Assembly: GCA_018241725.1 (NCBI GenBank) | Contig: JAFEDI010000129.1 | Coordinates: 29,774 to 93,773 of the forward strand | From: Pseudomonadota bacterium | Lineage (GTDB): Bacteria > Pseudomonadota > Gammaproteobacteria > Burkholderiales > Rhodocyclaceae | Length of the DNA: 64,000 bases | Reading direction: 5' to 3' | Shown: piece after piece, positions 38,883 through 45,719 of the stretch | Numbering within the stretch: position 1 is the stretch's first letter | Layout: every line of letters begins with the position of its first letter | Program-made: the position numbers and the translations under genes | Notes under the pieces: generated by a model | Seen by the model: only the letters and a program-made list of their open reading frames with translations | What the model was told of the DNA's origin: nothing | Databases searched by the model: none

Positions 38883-38975
38883 GGTCTGTCAGGTCCGTTG
38901 GACAAAAAGCGATTATACCGGCGCAGCCGAAGGTGAGTAACGCTCACGTTCCGTGCTGCGGATCAGCCAGGGCGT

Positions 38976-39005
38976 CTGTGGGAGCGAGTGCATTCGCTCC
39001 CACAG
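38976..39005. repeat. REP-like perfect palindromic hairpin CTGTGGGAGCGA-GTGCAT-TCGCTCCCACAG
   Basis: 12-bp perfect stem with a 6-nt loop, read directly. Lies in the gap between the DUF3422 gene stop and the purC start. Shorter relatives sharing a GCGA...TCGC core are at 17208, 37914 and 45662. Confidence 0.6.
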
Positions 39006-39021
39006 ACCCTTCCATGACGCT

Positions 39022-40323
39022 CTAAGAGTGACCCTCGGCAGCAGCCAGGTGCTTGCGCATGCGATGGGTGCCGATGGCGACCAGCGCGGCGATGACCGGG
39101 ATCGCGACGGCGGTGATGCCTTCCGGCGTCAGCGGCTCGATGTAGTGCTTCACGCCCTTGGCCAGGTATTGCACCAGCTGCGAGGCGTAGTAGGTGATGG
39201 CCACCACTGACAGGCCTTCGACGGTTTCCTGCAGGTGCAACTGGAGCTTGGCTCGGCGGTTCATCTGGGCCAGCAGTTCCTGGTTCTGGCGTTCCAGCTC
39301 GACCTCGACACGGGTGCGCAGCAACTGACTGTTGCGTGCCACGCGGCTCGATAGATCCTCCTGGCGGCGGGCCATCGTCACGCAGGTGTTCATCGCCGGC
39401 AGCAGGCGGCGCTCCATGAATTCGTGGAAGGTCGGCAGGCCGCTGATGCGCTGCTCACGCAGTTCGGTGATCCGCTGCATGACCAGGCTGTGATAGGCCC
39501 GTGCGGCGCCGAAGCGGAAGGTGGTGCGGGCCACCGAGTGCTCGATCTCCGCGGCCATGGTGGTCAGGTCGGCCAGCACGCTGCGCTCGTCTTCCGGGTT
39601 GCGGGCCGAGCCGGTGCGGTCCATCAGGTCGGCTAGGCGCTGCTCGGCAGCGCCGATCGTGCGGCCGACGTCCTTGGCCACAGGGAAGGCCAGCAGGGCC
39701 ATCAGGCGGTAGGTCTCGATCTCGACCAGGCGTTGCACGGTGCGGCCGGCCTGGCGGCGGGTCAGGGACACGTCGATGATCAGGAAGCGCGAGAAGCCTG
39801 CTTCGAACAGGAAGTCGGTAAACACCCAGGCAGCGCCGTCGGCCACCTTGGCGCCGACCATCTGGTTGCCGGTCGGCGACAGCTTGGCCATCACGCTCTC
39901 GGGGGTGATTTCGGTGACGCTGCGCAGTTCCACGTGGGTGGCGACGATCAGCTTGCCGGGCATGCTGCGCAACCAGGCTTCCGGCACCACCGCCAGCGCC
40001 GAGGTGGGCTGGTCGAGGCCTTCACCGTGACTGACCTTGCGGAAGAAGGTGTAGCTGGAGAACTCGTTGTGCAGTTCCCACTTGAGCTGGAAGCCGCCGA
40101 AGTCGATCAGGCTGTGGCGGCCGTCACTGTCGATCGGGCGTTCGAGAAGTTTGCCGAGGGCGAGCAGATGCTGCAGAGCGGCGTCGGGAGCATTCTCCCC
40201 GTGGTGCATCGCCAGGTAGCTGATGAGCTGGGGGCTTTCCAGCGGCACCGGCGGCCGGGCGTGGAATTCGTCGTTGAGGGCCTGGCGCTGGTCGTGCTCG
40301 ATGAATAGGTCGGGCAGGGTCAT
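39022..40323 (-). CDS. DUF3422-family membrane-anchored protein
   Basis: 433 aa. N-terminus HDQRQALNDEFHARPPVPLE and C-terminal TM helices (LSVVAITYYASQLV, ITAVAIPVIAALVAIG). The family call is from memory of DUF3422 (about 430 aa). Confidence 0.65.
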   Translation of the reverse strand: MTLPDLFIEHDQRQALNDEFHARPPVPLESPQLISYLAMHHGENAPDAALQHLLALGKLLERPIDSDGRHSLIDFGGFQLKWELHNEFSSYTFFRKVSHGEGLDQPTSALAVVPEAWLRSMPGKLIVATHVELRSVTEITPESVMAKLSPTGNQMVGAKVADGAAWVFTDFLFEAGFSRFLIIDVSLTRRQAGRTVQRLVEIETYRLMALLAFPVAKDVGRTIGAAEQRLADLMDRTGSARNPEDERSVLADLTTMAAEIEHSVARTTFRFGAARAYHSLVMQRITELREQRISGLPTFHEFMERRLLPAMNTCVTMARRQEDLSSRVARNSQLLRTRVEVELERQNQELLAQMNRRAKLQLHLQETVEGLSVVAITYYASQLVQYLAKGVKHYIEPLTPEGITAVAIPVIAALVAIGTHRMRKHLAAAEGHS

Positions 40324-40459
40324 GGTGGCGGCTCTGCGGCATTATTGGCCGGGCGGGGTCGTCGGGCCATCATCTTGCCGTTACGGCAGGGGCGCTGGCA
40401 AGGGCGGCTGCCAATGCGTCGTGGTGCGGATCACACAGGATGTTGCAATGCAGCAACGA

Positions 40460-40822
40460 TCAGCGGAAAAGGCTGGCGACGAACGCGACGGCGAGAAGCA
40501 GCAGGCCACCTCCAAGAATCTGCACGCGGCGGCGCAGGGCTTCGGCGGCGCGTACGAGTTCGGCGTTCTGTGCAGCGAGGGCGGCGAGCAGTTCGGCACT
40601 GTCCTGCTGGCGGGCTTCGAGTTCGGTCAGGCGGGCATCGATTGCGCCGAAGCGGGAATCGGGATCTGTGGCCGCCGGCGCGGTGGGGGTTTCCGCTTCA
40701 TTGGTGTGATGCTTGCCAACCTTCTGCCACAGCTTGCGGGCGCCCTTGGCTACGGTCGGGGCATGGGCGATCACGTCGGACCAGGGAATTGCGCTGAACA
40801 GGGCGGACCAGGGGGCGGCCAT
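40460..40822 (-). CDS. hypothetical tail-anchored coiled-coil protein
   Basis: 120 aa from ATG 40822, preceded by AAGGAG. Coiled-coil-like LTELEARQQDSAELLAALAAQNAELVRAAEALRRR and a C-terminal TM ILGGGLLLLAVAFVASLF. The longer ORF-track version (to 41101) has no support. Confidence 0.55.
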   Translation of the reverse strand: MAAPWSALFSAIPWSDVIAHAPTVAKGARKLWQKVGKHHTNEAETPTAPAATDPDSRFGAIDARLTELEARQQDSAELLAALAAQNAELVRAAEALRRRVQILGGGLLLLAVAFVASLFR

Positions 40823-40957
40823 CGGGAACTCCTTCAGAACGAGGGCGAAAACCTTCGCCGGCAGGCTTTGGGTGGGCTGGGAGGTGCATCTGCTTGCCCC
40901 CCGCGAATGACCTTTGGTCAGGCGGTAGGGCGAACAAGTTCGCCGCAGACTGCTGGC

Positions 40958-40990
40958 GAACCCCCGGATTTCTCGGGGGTTCTGTTTTTC
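40958..40990 (+). terminator. orphan intrinsic-terminator-like hairpin (plus-strand orientation)
   Basis: GAACCCCCG-GATTTCT-CGGGGGTTC followed by TGTTTTT. There is no plus-strand gene upstream, and on the minus strand no U-tract follows. Confidence 0.45.
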
Positions 40991-41099
40991 CGGGTTTAGC
41001 AGAAGGCGGTGTGCAAGCGTCCGTGAAACGCGAGTCGGAAAGCCATTTTGGCCAGGCCGCGGTTCTGCAGGTTCGGTGAGCCCTTCTGAGGGCAGGATC

Positions 41100-41324
41100 A
41101 AGACGTAAAAGTAGCCTGTCGGCCTCTTCCTTTGCCTTGCGGGTCAGTACCAAGGCCATTTTCTTCATGTTCTGACAGGCGGCCGAGAGCAGGCATTGGG
41201 CCTGCACTTTGGCCAAGCCCCTGAAGCGGGCATGGCGATGCCCATGCAGCTCCTTGGCGTCGGCAAAGCTGCGCTCAACCGTTTCCCTGCGCCGGGCGTA
41301 GAGACGCTTGCCCAGCAGTGTCGG
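41100..41324 (-). pseudogene. C-terminal remnant of an IS1182/IS5-type DDE transposase
   Basis: Reverse-frame translation gives PTLLGKRLYARRRETVERSFADAKELHGHRHARFRGLAKVQAQCLLSAACQNMKKMALVL. This matches the conserved tail of this transposase family (TVER-FA--K---G-R--R-RGL-KV ... N-KK-A). No N-terminal or catalytic part is present. It begins immediately after the recQ stop. The left boundary is uncertain. Confidence 0.6.
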
Positions 41325-41325
41325 A

Positions 41326-43149
41326 TCAGCCTGCTTCGCTGGCAAGCAGCGCGAGGATGTCCTCCCCGTAGGCATCCAGCTTGCGGTCGCCTACGCCGGA
41401 GATGGTCGCCAGGCCTTCGATGCTGTCTGGGCGCTGGCGGGCGATGTCGCGTAGCGTAGCGTCGTGGAAGATCACGTAGGCGGGCACGTTACGTTCCTTG
41501 GCGGTGGCGGCGCGCCAGGCGCGCAGGCGGTCGAGGAGGGCGGCTTCCGCGCCGGTGGCTTCCGGCCAATCTCGCAGCTTGCGGGTAGTGTCGCCCTTGC
41601 GGCCCTTCTTGGCCGGGGCAGTGTCGATGCGCAGCGTGAAGCTGCTTTCGCCGCGCAGCAGCGGGCGGGCGGCCTCGGTGAGGGTCAGCGCGCCGTAGCG
41701 TTCGTGATCCACCGCCAGTGCGCCGTGGGCCACCAGCTGGCGGATCAGCGTGCGCCAGCCCTTGTCGTCCAGTTCGTTGCCGATGCCGAAGGTGCTGACC
41801 TGGTCGTGCTGCCATTCCCTGACCTTGTCGGTGGTCTTGCCGAGCAGCACGTCCACCACGTGGCCGGCGCCGAAGCGGTTGCCGGTGCGGAATACGCAGG
41901 ACAGGGCCTTGCGGGCCGATTCGGTGGCGTCGCGCACCTGTGGCGGATGCAGGCAGGTGTCGCAATTGCCGCAGGGCTCGGCGGCTTCGTCGAAGTAGCC
42001 GAGCAAGCGTTGGCGGCGGCAACCGGTGGTTTCGCAGAGGCCCAGCAGTGCGTCGAGCTTGGCGGTGGCGACGCGCTTTACTTCGTCGCCGGCTTCGCTT
42101 TGGTCGATGAAGCGGCGCTGCTGTACCAGGTCGGCCACGCTGTAGGCCATCCATGCCTCGGCGGGCTGGCCGTCGCGGCCGGCGCGGCCGGTTTCCTGGT
42201 AGTAGCCCTCGATGGAGCGCGGCAGGTCCAGGTGGGCGACGAAGCGCACGTCGGGCTTGTCGATGCCCATACCGAAGGCGACGGTGGCGACCATCACGAT
42301 GCCGTCCTCGCGCAGGAAGCGGTCCTGGTTGAGGGCCCGCTCGTCGGCGCCCATGCCGGCATGGTAGGGCAGGGCAGAGATGCCTTTCTCCTGCAGCCAG
42401 GCGGCGGTTTCGTCCACCTTCTTGCGGGAACTGCAATAGACGACGCCGGCCTCGTCCAGATGGCCGTCCTTCAGGAAGGCCAGCAGCTGGGCGCGGGGAT
42501 TGTCCTTGGGGACGATGGTGTAGCGGATGTTCGGCCGGTCGAAGCTGGATACGAACTCGCGGGCGTCGGTCAGGCGCAGGCGCTCGGCGATCTCGCGGCG
42601 GGTCTGGGCGTCGGCGGTGGCGGTCAGCGCGATGCGCGGTACCTGCGGATAACGCTCCGGCAGGATCGACAGCTGCAGGTATTCGGGCCGGAAGTCGTGG
42701 CCCCACTGGGACACGCAGTGGGCTTCGTCGATGGCGAACAGGGCCAGCTGGCCAGATTCGTGCAGGTGGTCGAGCAGGTCGAGGAAGCGCGGTGTGACCA
42801 GACGCTCCGGCGCCACGTAGAGCAGGTCCAGTGCGCCGGCCAGCATCGCCCGCTCGATCTCCATGGCCCGCTCGAAGCTCAGGCTGGAGTTGAGGAAATC
42901 CGCCGCCGCGCCGACTTCCTTCAGCGCGCTGACCTGATCCTGCATCAGCGCGATCAATGGTGACACGACGATGGCCACGCCGGGCCGCAACAGCGCCGGG
43001 ATCTGGTAACACAGGGACTTGCCGCCGCCGGTGGGCATCAGCACCAGCGCATCGCCGCCGGCAGCCACGTGCTCGACGATGTCCTCCTGCGAACCGCGGA
43101 AGTGGGTGTAACCGAAGACGTGGAAGAGGGTTTCGCGGGCGCGGCTCAT
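41326..43149 (-). CDS. recQ: ATP-dependent DNA helicase RecQ
   Basis: 607 aa. Motif I (MPTGGGKSLCYQ), DEAH box (DEAHCVSQWGHDFRPEY), RQC zinc-binding Cys cluster (CRRQRLLGYFDE...CGNCDTC) and a C-terminal HRDC. Confidence 0.95.
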   Translation of the reverse strand: MSRARETLFHVFGYTHFRGSQEDIVEHVAAGGDALVLMPTGGGKSLCYQIPALLRPGVAIVVSPLIALMQDQVSALKEVGAAADFLNSSLSFERAMEIERAMLAGALDLLYVAPERLVTPRFLDLLDHLHESGQLALFAIDEAHCVSQWGHDFRPEYLQLSILPERYPQVPRIALTATADAQTRREIAERLRLTDAREFVSSFDRPNIRYTIVPKDNPRAQLLAFLKDGHLDEAGVVYCSSRKKVDETAAWLQEKGISALPYHAGMGADERALNQDRFLREDGIVMVATVAFGMGIDKPDVRFVAHLDLPRSIEGYYQETGRAGRDGQPAEAWMAYSVADLVQQRRFIDQSEAGDEVKRVATAKLDALLGLCETTGCRRQRLLGYFDEAAEPCGNCDTCLHPPQVRDATESARKALSCVFRTGNRFGAGHVVDVLLGKTTDKVREWQHDQVSTFGIGNELDDKGWRTLIRQLVAHGALAVDHERYGALTLTEAARPLLRGESSFTLRIDTAPAKKGRKGDTTRKLRDWPEATGAEAALLDRLRAWRAATAKERNVPAYVIFHDATLRDIARQRPDSIEGLATISGVGDRKLDAYGEDILALLASEAG

Positions 43150-43183
43150 AGGGCCGGGATTTTACCCCGGCTGGCGGTGCAGG

Positions 43184-44176
43184 TCAGAACAGCTTTGCGA
43201 TATGTGCGGACAGTCCTGTGGGATTGACGAAAGTGAGTTCGTACATGCCCGACAGGCCGGTGGCCTGCTCGTCGGTGAGGCCGGTGCAACACAGGATGAA
43301 CTGGCTACGGTCGATGCCCAGGCGTTTCCTCAGTTTGAGGTACTTATCGATATCCTGACGGAACTCGCCCGTCTTGCATTCGACGCAGATGGGCGTGTTG
43401 CCGTCTACCAGGAAGAACACGTCGAGCTCGTGGAGGTCTTCGTTCGGAAAGACGACGGATAGATTGCGGGTGCATGAGAAAGGCCCCTCCTTCTGCTGGA
43501 AGAAGGCGAGGAGTTTCATCAGTGCAAACCACTCCAACCATTCGCCCGCAAAAAAGCTGCGGATGGCCGGGGCCGACTGGATGGTTGCGCGGCCGATCTT
43601 GTCCTGCTTCTGATAAAAATACTTGGCGAGAAAAGTGTGGTCGTAGAGGCGCTTGCAGAAGGCATTGATGGCTTGTCCGTCCTTCTGGCTGCGTTCGCCG
43701 AGCTTGAGGCTGAAATGCGGAACATCCTTCTGCTGGCCCCAGCGGATTTTCTCGACCACGTCGCCGAGGAGACCGTAGTTGTCGCCGATCTCGACCGCGA
43801 TCTCGTCGAAGAAGCCGGTGGTATTGACCGCCTCAAGGCTTGGATGGACTTGAATCTGGCGACGCTGAAACCAGTTCACGATCTGCAGGTGCCATTCTTC
43901 GCTGGCCAGATGGTCCGTGTTGTGAATGTCGAGTGTCGCGAGCCGGGCTGCAGCTCCTGGCTGGGACGAACCCGCCGCCGCCGGTGCTTGGGCGGCGCGC
44001 AGGCGCTTGATTTCATCCTGCTGCGCGAAATATTGCTGCAGCACTTTCCGCACGAAGAGCACGGTGTCGTAAACCGGGACCGGATTTGCGCAGGCGGGGC
44101 AGTCGATCGATGCGCCGATCCGGTCGGTGGGTGCTTCGGCCACATGGCCGCACTTGTTGCATCGGAGAATCGCCAT
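43184..44176 (-). CDS. zinc-ribbon + PD-(D/E)xK nuclease-fold protein (Card1/DUF1887- or NERD-like C-terminal domain), function unknown
   Basis: 330 aa. N-terminal 4-Cys ribbon (CNKCG...CPAC), an Ala/Gln-rich linker, and a central ~120-aa region with no motif I recognise. C-terminal GEWLEWF...HELDVFFLVDGNTPICVECKTGEF gives D-x13-E-x-K. Lower G+C than the neighbouring genes. No obvious SD. Confidence 0.7.
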   Translation of the reverse strand: MAILRCNKCGHVAEAPTDRIGASIDCPACANPVPVYDTVLFVRKVLQQYFAQQDEIKRLRAAQAPAAAGSSQPGAAARLATLDIHNTDHLASEEWHLQIVNWFQRRQIQVHPSLEAVNTTGFFDEIAVEIGDNYGLLGDVVEKIRWGQQKDVPHFSLKLGERSQKDGQAINAFCKRLYDHTFLAKYFYQKQDKIGRATIQSAPAIRSFFAGEWLEWFALMKLLAFFQQKEGPFSCTRNLSVVFPNEDLHELDVFFLVDGNTPICVECKTGEFRQDIDKYLKLRKRLGIDRSQFILCCTGLTDEQATGLSGMYELTFVNPTGLSAHIAKLF

Positions 44177-44183
44177 TTGGGCT

Positions 44184-44221
44184 GAAAATGAAAACGGGTT
44201 GGCTGATTATGCCAACCCGTT
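44184..44221 (-). terminator. intrinsic terminator after the small ORF, abutting the nuclease-candidate start codon
   Basis: On the minus strand: AACGGGTTGGC-ATAATCA-GCCAACCCGTT followed by TTTCATTTTC. An 11-bp perfect stem. The T-rich tract ends 8 nt before ATG 44176. Confidence 0.65.
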
Positions 44222-44249
44222 CCACGCGAGGCGACCCCAGAATGGTGGC

Positions 44250-44513
44250 CTATGCGGCTCCGTGATGTTCGCCGATGTATTGCTTGAGTACCGAGCGCAG
44301 TGCTGCGGTGTGTTCCTCGTCACCCTTTTCACGCGAGTGCTTGATGTCGTCGGCGATCATGTGGCGGATGCGTCGGTCGCCTTCCGGAGAGTGACATAGA
44401 TAGCAGCCCATCTCCACCGCGAGCATTTCAGGTACATGCTCGTGTTCGGCAATGGCCAGGATTTCGTCTTCGCTCAGGTCTGAGAGTTCGATGCAGTCTT
44501 GCAGTGTCAACAT
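44250..44513 (-). CDS. small acidic Cys/His-containing hypothetical protein
   Basis: 87 aa from ATG 44513 (AGGAGA SD 9 nt upstream). The ORF-track start 44540 has no SD. Sequence: MLTLQDCIELSDLSEDEILAIAEHEHVPEMLAVEMGCYLCHSPEGDRRIRHMIADDIKHSREKGDEEHTAALRSVLKQYIGEHHGAA. I recognise no family. Confidence 0.6.
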   Translation of the reverse strand: MLTLQDCIELSDLSEDEILAIAEHEHVPEMLAVEMGCYLCHSPEGDRRIRHMIADDIKHSREKGDEEHTAALRSVLKQYIGEHHGAA

Positions 44514-44615
44514 GATGGCGTTCTCCTGCTGGCTTTCCATCGATGTTGCGGGAGGCCGGACGGTCGTCGTCAGATACGGTCTTCGATGGAAGGCAACCCT
44601 TATTTAAGTTCTTTT

Positions 44616-44631
44616 CGTGAATGAAATCACG
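44616..44631. promoter_or_regulatory. CRP/Vfr-type palindrome CGTGA-ATGAAA-TCACG
   Basis: Read directly. GTGA-N6-TCAC core in the AT-rich divergent region between the small ORF and the MBL hydrolase gene, 21-36 nt upstream of ATG 44652. Confidence 0.35.
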
Positions 44632-44651
44632 GTTTATTTGAAGGAATTTTC

Positions 44652-45602
44652 ATGCATGGCTTGATCGGTTTCGGCAATGGCATCTACGCGGTGGATTCGG
44701 GCTACACCGGGCCGGACGTGGCGGCAATCCACCTCATCGAGGAGGGCGGCCGGGCGGCGCTGGTGGATACTGGCAACAACGAATCCCTGCACCAGGTGCT
44801 GGCAGCGCTGGCCGAGACCGGGCTGACGCCGGAGGCGGTCGACTACGTGCTGCTGACCCACATCCACCTCGACCACGCCGGTGGCGCCGGGGCCTTCATG
44901 CAGGCCTTCCCCAATGCCAGGCTGGTGGTCCATCCCCGCGGCGCGCGGCACATGATCGAGCCGTCCAAGCTGTTTGCCGGCGTGTCGGCGGTGTACGGGC
45001 CGGAGCGTGCCAAGGAGCTTTACGGTGAGCTGGTGCCGGTGCCGGCGGAGCGCATCATCGAGGCTACCGAGAGGCTGGAGATCGATCTGGCCGGACGCAA
45101 GATCCGTGTCTTCGATACGCCGGGTCATGCGCGCCACCACGTGTGCTACTTCGACACCGCCAGCCGCGCCTTCTTCACTGGCGATACCTTCGGCCTGTCC
45201 TACCGGACCCTCGATGTGGACGGCCGCCCGAGCATCTTCCCGACCACTACGCCGGTGCAGTTCGAGCCGGACGCGATGCACGCGTCGGTTGCTCGCATGG
45301 AAGCCGAGCAACCGACGGCCATGTATCTGACCCACTATGCGCAGGTGCAGGACGTGCCGCGCCTGGCCGCCGACCTGCACCGCCTGATCGATGCCCATGT
45401 GGCCATCGCCGAGCGTCATGCGGCGGCCGGCACCGGCCGCAAGGCGGCGATCGAGGCGGACATCTGGGCGCTGGTCGGCGAAGAGGCGCAGCGCCAGGGC
45501 TGGACCGTGCCGGAAGCCGAGTGGCGGCGTATGTTGGCACTGGACGTGGAGCTCAATGCCCAGGGTCTGGACGTGTGGCTGGACGCCCGCGCCAAGGCGT
45601 GA
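44652..45602 (+). CDS. MBL-fold metallo-hydrolase
   Basis: 316 aa with the HxHxDH motif (LLTHIHLDHAGGAG) and a downstream His (DTPGHARHH). Confidence 0.85.
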   Translation: MHGLIGFGNGIYAVDSGYTGPDVAAIHLIEEGGRAALVDTGNNESLHQVLAALAETGLTPEAVDYVLLTHIHLDHAGGAGAFMQAFPNARLVVHPRGARHMIEPSKLFAGVSAVYGPERAKELYGELVPVPAERIIEATERLEIDLAGRKIRVFDTPGHARHHVCYFDTASRAFFTGDTFGLSYRTLDVDGRPSIFPTTTPVQFEPDAMHASVARMEAEQPTAMYLTHYAQVQDVPRLAADLHRLIDAHVAIAERHAAAGTGRKAAIEADIWALVGEEAQRQGWTVPEAEWRRMLALDVELNAQGLDVWLDARAKA

Positions 45603-45719
45603 TCGATTGACGTGATGGCTGGCGCGCTGGACGGCTGGTCTGTCGGGGGCTGGACTGCAAAGGCGAGTTCATTCGCCCCTACGATTGGCCCAGGTCCGGA
45701 TGTGAGCCGACTCGCCTGC

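Noticed and set aside
40698-41375. 225-aa minus-strand ORF as an intact gene
   Set aside because: Only residues ~18-80 resemble a transposase C-terminus. The 5' end overlaps the recQ 3' end, and the rest reads through non-coding hairpins and the real 120-aa ORF in another frame.
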